Positions 51,177-59,910 are shown, counted from the first letter of the stretch. The stretch: 64,000 bases of DNA from Thermodesulfovibrionales bacterium (GCA_963715195.1 CAVQRT010000003.1:32001-96000); one strand, 5' to 3'. Notes: generated by a model from the letters alone, not told the origin. Numbers and translations are program-made.

Positions 51177-52129
51177 AAATCGTATTCGACAGCGAGAAAG
51201 AGCCTGACCTCCTTTATGGCAAGCACGAAAGGGTCCTCAGAATTATCGGGGAAACGCTGGGAATTGTTGTTTCACAGCGGGGCAACAAGATTTTTTTGCA
51301 GGGAGATGATGTGTCAGTCCACAAGGCTGAAAACATTATCAGGGATCTTCGGTCCATAAGCGCCGAAGGATATAACCTCAGCCCTGAAGATATCCGTTAT
51401 GCCCTGAGGTCTATCGCATCCGACGAGCAGATATCAATAAAGGATCTCTTTCTCAATAATATACCCATTTCTTCAAAAAAGCGGTTCATCATACCAAAGA
51501 CGGAAACCCAGAGATTGTATATAGAAAGCATCAGGAATTTCGATATTGTAATAGGCATAGGGCCTGCGGGAACAGGGAAAACGTATCTTGCTATGGCGAT
51601 GGCGGTCAATGCCTTTCTCAAAAAACAGATAAGCAGGATCGTCCTTGCTCGGCCTGCGGTAGAGGCAGGGGAAAAGCTCGGATTCCTTCCCGGCGATATG
51701 TTCGAAAAAGTGAATCCTTACCTGAGACCGCTCTATGATGCCCTGTTCGACATGATGGAGGCTGAAAAAGTCGTAAAACTGATCGATCGCGGTACAATCG
51801 AGATTGCCCCCCTGGCGTTTATGAGGGGAAGAACCCTTAATGACTCCTTCATTATCCTCGATGAAGCACAAAATACCACTTCGGAGCAGATGAAGATGTA
51901 CCTGACCCGTCTTGGGTTTAATTCGAAAACTGTTATAACCGGGGATATCACCCAGATAGACCTTCCGCAGGGAAGGTCTTCCGGGCTTATAGAGGCAGAA
52001 AAGATCCTGAATAATATCGAGGGAATCAAAGTTATTTATTTTTCAGAGCGGGATGTCGTAAGGCACAAGCTTGTCCAGAAAATTATTCAGGCCTACGAAA
52101 AATATGAAAAACGGACAGCAGAAGAATAA
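51164..52129 (+). CDS. phoH: PhoH family ATPase (YbeZ); probable ACG start
   Basis: GPAGTGKTYLA, RPAVEAGEKLGFLPG, DEAQN, RHKLV. Frame extends 5' with a PhoH-like N-terminus to ACG 51164, 7 nt after AGGAGG. Confidence 0.93.
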   Translation, partial: TSPVEIVFDSEKEPDLLYGKHERVLRIIGETLGIVVSQRGNKIFLQGDDVSVHKAENIIRDLRSISAEGYNLSPEDIRYALRSIASDEQISIKDLFLNNIPISSKKRFIIPKTETQRLYIESIRNFDIVIGIGPAGTGKTYLAMAMAVNAFLKKQISRIVLARPAVEAGEKLGFLPGDMFEKVNPYLRPLYDALFDMMEAEKVVKLIDRGTIEIAPLAFMRGRTLNDSFIILDEAQNTTSEQMKMYLTRLGFNSKTVITGDITQIDLPQGRSSGLIEAEKILNNIEGIKVIYFSERDVVRHKLVQKIIQAYEKYEKRTAEE

Positions 52130-53708
52130 ACCTCGCCGCCTTTCATCACTTCTCAAGATGTTCCTCGACGGGAACCCGATAAAAGGAGAAGCCCCACCGG
52201 TGCGGCTCAGCAGACGGGATACCTTCATCAGAATATACTTTATTTTCATCTGTGGGCTTGTCGCCTCTGTCTCAATCCAGTCGAACATCGGTATTGAACA
52301 GATGCTCGGGGGATTTTTCATTTCATGCCTCCTCATGTTCATTTTTTACCGTGACATCATGCGATATAAGCCTGCATATACAAAAAAATACACCATGCTG
52401 TTTCTCCTCGGCCTGCTCCTTGTCGGGACACTCCTGCTGGGAAGATTGTTTGCCTATCTCCTCATCAATCTCTCAAAAGGTCTTGAATACCAGACGTTAG
52501 ACAGTTCCCTGTATGGAATTCCGATCCCTGTAGGCGCGATGCTGGTCTCTCTGCTGTTCGATTTTCACACCGCTATTACCTTTTCCTTCGCGGTCAGCTT
52601 GCTCACCGGTCTCTGGCTCCAGGACGCATCATTCACCGTATATGCCTTTGTCGGAAGCATTACAGCAGCCTTCAGCGTGATACGATGCAAGAAACGGTCA
52701 GGAATCCTGAAGGGGGGGGGATTTATTATTGCAGCAAATGTCATAACCCTCATCATCATTCTTCTCTTCCGGGGTGAGCTTTTCACGATAAAGGCACCAC
52801 CCGCTATCCTGTTTAGTGCTCTCTGCGGCATGAGCGTTGCAGCCGTTGTTTCATTAATTCTGCCGGTGATTGAGTACTTTTTTAAAGTTACAACTGATAT
52901 CAGCCTCCTTGAACTGCTTGATCTCAATCAACCCCTTATGAAAAACCTTATGGTAACTGCACCTGGGACATATCACCACAGCGTCATCGTAGGGAACCTT
53001 GCGGAATCAGCCGCTGAGATCGTTGGTGCAAACCCACTGCTCGCCCGGGTCAGCGCCTACTACCATGACATCGGCAAAATTAAGATGCCTGAATATTTTG
53101 TCGAAAATCAGAGCAGTACCGTGAGTAAACACGATAAATTAACACCCCATATGAGCAGTATGATCATTACAAACCACGTCAAAGAAGGGATTGAGCTTGC
53201 AAGGACCTACAAGCTTCCCGAGCCGATTATTGAGATCATCGAGCAGCACCACGGCACCATGCTCATCAGCTATTTCTATCAAAAAGCAAAAGAACGGGAA
53301 GGGAACGGCACACCGGCTGAGCAGGATTATCGGTACCTAGGGCCAAAGCCCCAGACCCGTGTAGCTGCCCTTGTCATGATGGCAGATAGCGTCGAGGCTG
53401 CATCACGGGTTCTTGCTGATCCTACGCCAGCAAGAATTGCTTCGTTGGTTGACCGGATCATCAATCATATATTCCTCGAGGGGCAGCTTGATGAGTGCGA
53501 ACTGACCCTGAAAGACATTCACGAAATCAAGAAGCGCTTTACGTACATTCTGACCGGCATATTCCATAAACGGGTAGATTACCCGGGATTCGATTTTAGC
53601 AATGAAGGTCTCTATAAAGAATCAGCAAAGACTCATAAGGGTAAACACGCAGAAAACAGCAAGGCTTCTCAGGAAAATGCTCAGTCTGCTCCGTCTCCCA
53701 AGAGCTGA
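52104..53708 (+). CDS. Multi-TM HD (HDIG) phosphohydrolase, PgpH-like
   Basis: APGTYHHS, YYHDIGK, YFVENQ, QHHGT, MADSVEAA; sits in a phoH-HD-ybeY arrangement. Confidence 0.9.
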   Translation: MKNGQQKNKPRRLSSLLKMFLDGNPIKGEAPPVRLSRRDTFIRIYFIFICGLVASVSIQSNIGIEQMLGGFFISCLLMFIFYRDIMRYKPAYTKKYTMLFLLGLLLVGTLLLGRLFAYLLINLSKGLEYQTLDSSLYGIPIPVGAMLVSLLFDFHTAITFSFAVSLLTGLWLQDASFTVYAFVGSITAAFSVIRCKKRSGILKGGGFIIAANVITLIIILLFRGELFTIKAPPAILFSALCGMSVAAVVSLILPVIEYFFKVTTDISLLELLDLNQPLMKNLMVTAPGTYHHSVIVGNLAESAAEIVGANPLLARVSAYYHDIGKIKMPEYFVENQSSTVSKHDKLTPHMSSMIITNHVKEGIELARTYKLPEPIIEIIEQHHGTMLISYFYQKAKEREGNGTPAEQDYRYLGPKPQTRVAALVMMADSVEAASRVLADPTPARIASLVDRIINHIFLEGQLDECELTLKDIHEIKKRFTYILTGIFHKRVDYPGFDFSNEGLYKESAKTHKGKHAENSKASQENAQSAPSPKS

Positions 53709-54087
53709 GATAAGCCTCCTGTTCGTCAACGACAGGAGGATGAGACTCCTGAACCGCCGTTACCGCGGAGTTGACCGGACAACGGATGTTCTGTCGTTCC
53801 CGCAATATAGCGCTGAGGAGCTGAAGGCAGAAAGCAGGAAATGTTCGCAGGTATCCACTTCAGATCTTCACACTTCATCCGGAGTGCTGCCGCTTGGTGA
53901 CATCGTTATCAATCTGCCACTTACAAAACGGCAGGCTCATGAAAACAGTCTCTCATTCGATGAAGCATTGAAGCAGCTCCTTATACACGGTCTTCTCCAC
54001 CTCATTGGGTACGACCATGAACAGGGCAGGAATGCAGCAGGGAAAATGCGAAAAAAATCACGGGAGGTTTTTGAAAAACTCCGGTAA
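53602..54087 (+). CDS. ybeY: rRNA maturation RNase YbeY
   Basis: LNRRYRG, TDVLSF, LGDIVI, IHGLLHLIGYDH. Confidence 0.95.
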   Translation: MKVSIKNQQRLIRVNTQKTARLLRKMLSLLRLPRAEISLLFVNDRRMRLLNRRYRGVDRTTDVLSFPQYSAEELKAESRKCSQVSTSDLHTSSGVLPLGDIVINLPLTKRQAHENSLSFDEALKQLLIHGLLHLIGYDHEQGRNAAGKMRKKSREVFEKLR

Positions 54088-54164
54088 AATCAGAATCAGG
54101 AGCACCTATCCTTTGCGATAGGAATTCTAACAGACCGCGATCACCTCATGAAAGAAACGGTAGA

Positions 54165-55679
54165 ATGACACCGAAGAAGTCTCCCGATCAAAACCCGATA
54201 GAACCCCGGCAGAAGGGTAAAGCCACTGATCTGATCCTCGGTTCCGAAGAGATGGATGAGAGGTACAGAGCCCTCTTTGACAGTTCACTGTGCAGTGTCT
54301 TCATCCATGATCTGAAAGGCACCTTTCTCGATGCGAATGAGACGGCGCTGAGGATTCTGGGATATACCAAAAAGGACCTGCCTGCTCTTTCGATCTCGAC
54401 GATTCTTGACAAGGATCACGTGCCAGTCGCCAAAAAACGCATCGAAGACATCATCAAATTCGGATCTGCAAAAGACCCTTTCCTTTATAGGGTGAGAAAG
54501 AAAAACGGGGATTTTGTCTGGATGGAAGTCGTCTCTACCCTTATCCATCGCAATGGGAAACCGTTCGCAATACAGGGTATGGCATGGGAGGTAACCGAAC
54601 AGATCAAGATCAGAGATGCGTTGCGGAGAAGCGAAGAACAGTACAGGACCATGATAGAAACCATGAACGAGGGACTCTCTGTTCTCGACAAGAACGAGAA
54701 CATGATCCTGGTCAACAACCGTTTCTGTGCCATGACGGCATACCACAGGGATGAACTGCTCGGCAAGCATGTTTCCCTAATCTTGGATAAAGAGAACCAG
54801 AAGATATTGCGGAATCAGTGGTCATTGCGGAAAAAAGGCATTGCAGACACATATGAAATAATGCTGACCAGAAAAGACAGGGAAAAAGTCGATACCCTTG
54901 TTGCACCATGCCCGATGTTCGACGATGAAGGAAGATTGAGCGGCAGTCTTGGTATCTTTACTGATATCTCCAGACTCAAGCAGACTGAAAGGGAACTGCT
55001 GTCGTATCAGGCAAGGCTCCGTTCCCTCGCCTTGGAGATGTCGATGGTCGAAGAACGGGAACGCCGTTACATCACGATAGAATTGCAGGATAATCTCGGC
55101 CGGACGTTATCGTACTGCAGGGACCAATTGAAAGCAATTCAGGAGAAGTCGCTCCCTCATGACATACGGACATCTTTGAACGAAATCACCGGTCTCGTTG
55201 AGCGGAACATCCATTATGCGAAGACCCTGACATACGAATTCAGCACGCAGATCCTCTATGAAAAAGGACTGGAAGCTGCTCTACAGTGGCTCGGGAATCA
55301 CTTCCGTGAACTGCATGCCTTAACGTTCCATTTTGAAGATGATCTGAAACCGAAACCGTTGTCAGACGAAACGAATATACTTCTCTACCAGGCGGTGAGG
55401 GAATTATTCCTGAATATTGTCAGGCACGCTTATGCAAAAAACGTTACCGTATCGTTCGAGAGGGATTACAAGAATATCCGGATACATGTGCACGACGACG
55501 GAGTCGGGTTTGATATGTCCAGAATAGGATCCTATCAAGACAAGAAGGAAATGTTCGGCCTTTTCAGTATCTATGAACGGCTCAAATATCTGGGAGGACA
55601 TGTTCATGTTGAATCGGGCCCCGGAGAGGGCACCCGGTTTACCCTCGTAGCCCCGCTCAAATCCCCAGGGAGAAAATAG
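54165..55679 (+). CDS. Cytoplasmic PAS-PAS histidine kinase, HisKA_3/NarL-partner type, H-box His replaced by Gln
   Basis: Two PAS domains; ERERRYITIELQDNLG; ELFLNIVRHA, DDGVGFD, FGL, GEGTRF. Confidence 0.85.
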   Translation: MTPKKSPDQNPIEPRQKGKATDLILGSEEMDERYRALFDSSLCSVFIHDLKGTFLDANETALRILGYTKKDLPALSISTILDKDHVPVAKKRIEDIIKFGSAKDPFLYRVRKKNGDFVWMEVVSTLIHRNGKPFAIQGMAWEVTEQIKIRDALRRSEEQYRTMIETMNEGLSVLDKNENMILVNNRFCAMTAYHRDELLGKHVSLILDKENQKILRNQWSLRKKGIADTYEIMLTRKDREKVDTLVAPCPMFDDEGRLSGSLGIFTDISRLKQTERELLSYQARLRSLALEMSMVEERERRYITIELQDNLGRTLSYCRDQLKAIQEKSLPHDIRTSLNEITGLVERNIHYAKTLTYEFSTQILYEKGLEAALQWLGNHFRELHALTFHFEDDLKPKPLSDETNILLYQAVRELFLNIVRHAYAKNVTVSFERDYKNIRIHVHDDGVGFDMSRIGSYQDKKEMFGLFSIYERLKYLGGHVHVESGPGEGTRFTLVAPLKSPGRK

Positions 55680-55743
55680 GGATACTCAGTCTGCAGCGCT
55701 TTTTTAGACGCAGAAAGCGCGGCTTTTTCAGGGTTGTATTTCT

Positions 55744-55911
55744 TTATAAGGAATTATCAGGTATTTTTGAACTGCTCATTTCTCGCGACTTGTTTAATCT
55801 TATCTTCATCAATCTTAAAAGGAGATCATATCGTTCCTTCACTCCGAGAACAAAATATAATGGTGACTCCATAAGTATGGAAATGTATTCTTTTTCAATC
55901 TCGCTATCCAT
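55744..55911 (-). CDS. 55-aa hypothetical protein
   Basis: MDSEIEKEYISILMESPLYFVLGVKERYDLLLRLMKIRLNKSREMSSSKIPDNSL; AAGGA upstream; directly downstream of operator/promoter copy 2. Confidence 0.6.
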   Translation of the reverse strand: MDSEIEKEYISILMESPLYFVLGVKERYDLLLRLMKIRLNKSREMSSSKIPDNSL

Positions 55912-55933
55912 AATGATCACGTTCCTTAATGAT

Positions 55934-55977
55934 ATTTTGGGAAATTCTGCTGGTTAAGTGAATCCTACCTAAGTGGG
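55934..55977 (-). promoter_or_regulatory. Palindromic operator + promoter, copy 2
   Basis: CCCACTTAGGTAGG-A-TTCACT-N17-CAAAAT. Confidence 0.6.
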
Positions 55978-56258
55978 GATAAACATTCTTTCTTGCTGGC
56001 TATGATTTGGGATGTGGCATTTATCAAAGAAGTGAAAGCATCATTGTTACAGGAAAAAAGAAATCGTTTCCTATTATTACAGAAAATAATGAAGCGAACC
56101 CAGGATGAGGTATCCTTGAGCTCTTTTGTTCAAATTGGTGTTTTGGTAGATGCTTTAGGCTTCCCTTCACTTGGGGCATGCTCACCACATCTAACACCTA
56201 CACCCTTCATATCTGACTTGATTCTCAGGCCTCATCTTCTGGGTATCGCATTAATGTT

Positions 56259-56302
56259 ATTATGATAACAATAGATCAGGTAATCAATCCTACCTGAGTA
56301 GG
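56259..56302 (-). promoter_or_regulatory. Palindromic operator + promoter, copy 3
   Basis: CCTACTCAGGTAGG-A-TTGATT-N17-CATAAT. Confidence 0.7.
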
Positions 56303-56390
56303 TTATATCTCTGAAATAATTATCATCTCATTTGTTATCACCTGAATACTCCAACGATTGGTCGATGTCATCCAGCTTTAAGGAACAAGC

Positions 56391-56423
56391 AAGAACTCCC
56401 TGTGCTCTTGGCGCAGGGTTCTT
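56391..56423 (-). terminator. Hairpin downstream of the CBS gene
   Basis: AAGAACTCCCTGTGC-TCTTG-GCGCAGGGTTCTT. Confidence 0.5.
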
Positions 56424-56464
56424 AACTTCGGGAAGAAGTCGATTAGCTATTGAAACGAGCGAAC

Positions 56465-56857
56465 TCAAGGATTGCTCAACGCAATCCGGAGGATAGCAGA
56501 TCTTGAAATTATTCCCACAAGGCGGAGACCATCGGTAACAGGTATTCTCAGTATCCCGTTCTCAAGCATAATATCCAATACATCGCTAAGTGGCGCATCG
56601 ACATTTACTGTAATGGGATTTCTCTGCATAACATCTTCTACTATGAGTTTATCGAGATCTTTTCCTTCGCGGATTTGGTCTAATAAGTCATGTTCAGTGA
56701 TGACGCCGATAACTCTTTCTTCCTCATCAATAACTGGCATGCCACTAAAACGACCTGAAACCATTTGCAAAGCACTGTCTCTTGCGGAGGCCCTTTTCTT
56801 CGTGGAAATAACAGGTATTTTTATAACATCTTTTGCTTCTAACTTTGCAATATCCAC
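56465..56857 (-). CDS. CBS domain pair protein
   Basis: SGMPVID..VIGVITEHD; RIPVTD..LVGIISRS. Confidence 0.9.
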   Translation of the reverse strand: MDIAKLEAKDVIKIPVISTKKRASARDSALQMVSGRFSGMPVIDEEERVIGVITEHDLLDQIREGKDLDKLIVEDVMQRNPITVNVDAPLSDVLDIMLENGILRIPVTDGLRLVGIISRSAILRIALSNP

Positions 56858-57009
56858 ATTTTATTCCCCCTTATTTTTTTATTGATTATCTCATGAAACA
56901 TCAATCATTACAATAGGGTGTTATTTTGAATATTTCAGGATGGGGTTTGCATAAAAAGCACATTCTCTCAAAAGTGCATCGTTTCCCCCATCTTGCTAAG
57001 TAGAGCAAT

Positions 57010-57729
57010 TTAAGGCTTTTTTAAAAGAAGCCTTCTTTTTCCTTCAGGCAGCCTCTTCGAACCTTCTCTGAGAGTAAGCCCGGAGGCTCTGTCCTTGATC
57101 CTCATCAGGAAATCGAATGCTGCTTCGGGATCTGCTTTGGCTATTTCCCGGATGCACCAGCCGATAGCCTTCCTGATAAAAAATTCCTTCTCCGAAACCA
57201 TCCTTTCGGCAAAATCGTAGAAAAGTTGCCTGTCTCCCTTGCCCTTTCTAAACATGAGTATTTGTGAAATAAGCGAGGCGCGTTTCATCCAGAAATTCTC
57301 TGACCTGCTCCATTTATTTAGAAATGCATATGCCTTCTTGTCCATCTCCAGCACTGTGCCAACCAGATGGATCGAGATATCGTCAACCAGATCCCAAGTA
57401 GGCGATTCCATAAGCATTTTCTCAAGCATAGATACCATGCCGATATCAAGATACTCCGGGAAGAACTGTAATAACCTAAGAGCAAGCCTCTTTTCGTCGT
57501 GGTACTCGGAAGCCCAAAGTTTTCCCGCAAGTTCAATAACAAGTTTGTAGCTGGCCCCCGGGTTTTCCTTTCTGAACTCTTTGGCCACCTTATCCGCATA
57601 TGGAAGTGATGTACCAAAGAATTTGAAAGGGCTTTTCAGGTAGCGTTTCTCCTGAACGGCTCTTTCGGAGCTACCGCCGGATTTCATTTTCTCTCTGAGG
57701 ATAGAGAGGGATACAGCAACAGACTTCAT
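57010..57729 (-). CDS. AlkD-like DNA alkylation repair protein
   Basis: TWDLVD, NFWMKRAS, EFFIRKAIGWCIRE, LTLREGSK; start could be 57765. Confidence 0.88.
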   Translation of the reverse strand: MKSVAVSLSILREKMKSGGSSERAVQEKRYLKSPFKFFGTSLPYADKVAKEFRKENPGASYKLVIELAGKLWASEYHDEKRLALRLLQFFPEYLDIGMVSMLEKMLMESPTWDLVDDISIHLVGTVLEMDKKAYAFLNKWSRSENFWMKRASLISQILMFRKGKGDRQLFYDFAERMVSEKEFFIRKAIGWCIREIAKADPEAAFDFLMRIKDRASGLTLREGSKRLPEGKRRLLLKKP

Positions 57730-58013
57730 GGATTGTGTCTCCTTTGCCAGCCTTCTACTCCTCATAATTATACCACCTCTTTGTTTGCAACCTTTCAGAA
57801 AGAAAAGGTTAAACTGTAAAGGCCCCGGCTATTATCCTTTGTACTGTACATAGATCGATCAGGCTGCCGCCACAAGGACTTCAGGAAGGAAGATTTGGAT
57901 ATGGGATATAATTCATAATGGTTGACAAAGATATAGAGATTTAGACTTGTATTGTATGTTTATATTTGAAAAACGATTGTTCTCTAAAAGTAAACGAGGA
58001 ATAATTTTTTTTA

Positions 58014-58042
58014 TTGACATATAAAAATTATTGACATATTAT
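58014..58042 (+). promoter_or_regulatory. Near-consensus sigma70 promoter of the Lys-rich micropeptide
   Basis: TTGACA-N17-TATTAT. Confidence 0.55.
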
Positions 58043-58099
58043 TTTCTTAAGTGTTGTTTGAATTTCTATCAACAACAAGAAAGGTAGGTGAAAGAGTTT

Positions 58100-58156
58100 A
58101 TGCCAGTAAAGAAAAAAGCTGCTGCAAAAAAGAAGACCGCAAAAAAGAAGAAATAA
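58100..58156 (+). CDS. 18-aa Lys/Ala-rich micropeptide
   Basis: AAGGTAGGTG RBS; MPVKKKAAAKKKTAKKKK-TAA; flanked by its own promoter and terminator. Confidence 0.65.
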   Translation: MPVKKKAAAKKKTAKKKK

Positions 58157-58188
58157 GTTTCCCTCGACACACATGCACACAATCTTTT

Positions 58189-58220
58189 GGGCTGGGGAAG
58201 ATTTTCTCCAGCCTTTTTTT
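58189..58220 (+). terminator. Intrinsic terminator
   Basis: GGCTGGGGAA-GATT-TTCTCCAGCC followed by T7. Confidence 0.8.
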
Positions 58221-58479
58221 ATGGTCTTCTCTTCTTGCGGTCTTTAGGTATTATAAAACTCCATTCCTAAGAAAATTTCAAGGTATTTTTATAACTCTCT
58301 GTAAATTCACAATTAATTAATGGTACGGATATTGCTATATTCTGGCTGTACAACTCAACCGAAGACTAATCCACAAAAAGCTCCATCAACAGGAGTTGGG
58401 AATGCTTTTCAAGCAACAACTTCATGGAGAAAAGTCTCCGGGTTGATTCTTCCTTGTCTTCGCATTTCAATATTATCTT

Positions 58480-58938
58480 CTAATTGTATGTATTCCCCTG
58501 AAGGCTTCCCATAAAAGCGTCATACATAGTACCCTCCACATTAGCCTCCAATAATCTTATGATTTCGGGTATTTCGCCCTTTATAACATCAATGAATTGC
58601 ATTCCAGCAATAAAAAGTGGGGTAATATCACCGTTGGCTTCCTTCACACTATCCGCTAATAAAGCCCAAACAACCAAAGCTTTAACAAAGACTGATTTGT
58701 CCTTATACCCTATTTTTAACGCATAACTCTTGCCGATATTTATAAACTTATCTACCATCACTAAAGCACCACCACTGCTGATGTTCATTACTTTCACCCG
58801 GCTGGCTGACGGTATATCGCAATCAACTCCCATATTCTCTACATTGAATCTCCTATGCTGTCTCTTCTCGTTCATACCATTTTCCGAGTACTCATCGTCC
58901 GCACGGCAAACTGACTCAGCGCTGTTATCTTGTATCAT
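58480..58938 (-). CDS. PilZ domain protein
   Basis: EKRQHRR (RxxxR), NISSGG (D/NxSxxG), AGMQF; AAGGAG RBS before ATG 58938. Confidence 0.85.
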   Translation of the reverse strand: MIQDNSAESVCRADDEYSENGMNEKRQHRRFNVENMGVDCDIPSASRVKVMNISSGGALVMVDKFINIGKSYALKIGYKDKSVFVKALVVWALLADSVKEANGDITPLFIAGMQFIDVIKGEIPEIIRLLEANVEGTMYDAFMGSLQGNTYN

Positions 58939-58959
58939 TTTATCTCCTTCCTTTTGATT

Positions 58960-59003
58960 ATTATTTCGATGGCTGCATTTACAATCAATCCTACCCAAGT
59001 AGG
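58960..59003 (-). promoter_or_regulatory. Palindromic operator + promoter, copy 4
   Basis: CCTACTTGGGTAGG-A-TTGATT-N17-AATAAT. Confidence 0.7.
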
Positions 59004-59037
59004 ATGGACGCTCCCAAGGCTATTCGTATAATAAGAG

Positions 59038-59097
59038 TACATTTTTCACTCTTTTCTCAAGCCTCCCATACTTTATGGGGGGCTTCATTTTCTTTTT
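59038..59097 (+). ncRNA. Candidate ~60-nt sRNA
   Basis: TGGACG-N16-TATAAT (59005-59032), then a CU-rich tract and hairpin AAGCCTCCCATA-CTT-TATGGGGGGCTT with U-rich tail. Confidence 0.35.
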
Positions 59098-59137
59098 ACC
59101 TTATCAACAGCAAGCTGCAATCAATAAGTTATATCCA

Positions 59138-59181
59138 CCTACTCAGGTAGGATTGATTACCAGGATGGAAAGAAGCAGAAT
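59138..59181 (+). promoter_or_regulatory. Palindromic operator + promoter, copy 5
   Basis: CCTACTCAGGTAGG-A-TTGATT-N17-CAGAAT. Confidence 0.7.
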
Positions 59182-59232
59182 TGAATTAAAGATGATATTG
59201 ACGGGACAATATGAAAAGAATGGAGGTCAATC

Positions 59233-59895
59233 GTGATAGATAGGAATCCCATGGGTTTGCCTCATTTGCCAAATGTCGATATAGACAGAAAGAAAACCCC
59301 ACTGGAAAGCAAACCAGTTCAGAGAGGGAAGGTGCTTATTGTTGATGATGAGATTGACGTTGTGAGCACGTTGCAGGGGTATCTTTCGGAGAAGGGCTAT
59401 AAGACACTCGGGTGCACATCAGCAAAAGGTGCGCTTGAGTCATTGAAGAAACATGATTTTGATATTCTCCTCATAGATCTTGCAATGCCTGAAATGAGTG
59501 GGATTGAACTGTTGAAGGCAGCGATGGAAATAGATCCCCATCTTATCGGTATCATCATCACGGGTAAGGGTACCATTGAGAGTGCCGTTGATGCCATGAA
59601 AGCAGGGGCTTTTGATTATTTGACGAAGCCATTTGAGTTTGCACTGCTGTCTCCGATACTGGCCCGTGCGATGAAAGTGAGGGAACTGAGTAAATCGGAG
59701 GATCAGTGCCGTGCTGCTGTAGCGGAACTTACTTATGAGGTGAACAAGCTCCAGAATGACTGTGATAAATCTTCAGTTAAGGAACTTGAAAATTATGAAC
59801 TGAAGGAACAAATAGAAGCCCTGAAGGAAACAGTGAGGAGATATAAAGAAATGCATGATACCTACTTTTTCAACGGCGGAGGGTTTGACTCCTAA
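59233..59895 (+). CDS. Response regulator (REC + coiled coil)
   Basis: VLIVDDE, IDLAMP, ITG, AGAFDYLTKPF; GGAGG RBS. Confidence 0.9.
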   Translation: MIDRNPMGLPHLPNVDIDRKKTPLESKPVQRGKVLIVDDEIDVVSTLQGYLSEKGYKTLGCTSAKGALESLKKHDFDILLIDLAMPEMSGIELLKAAMEIDPHLIGIIITGKGTIESAVDAMKAGAFDYLTKPFEFALLSPILARAMKVRELSKSEDQCRAAVAELTYEVNKLQNDCDKSSVKELENYELKEQIEALKETVRRYKEMHDTYFFNGGGFDS

Positions 59896-59910
59896 GAGCA
59901 CGGTATCTTT

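Noticed and set aside
55993..56265. 90-aa plus-strand ORF
   Set aside because: TTG start without RBS, opposite to the mapped promoters, no recognisable features
58051..58320. 89-aa plus-strand ORF
   Set aside because: Runs through a strong terminator; the RBS fits the 18-aa peptide in another frame
56279..59161. Perfect 25-bp inverted repeat flanking 2.9 kb, as transposon ends or an invertible segment
   Set aside because: No transposase or recombinase inside. The same motif occurs at three more sites, each with -35/-10 spacing, so an operator-promoter reading fits better.
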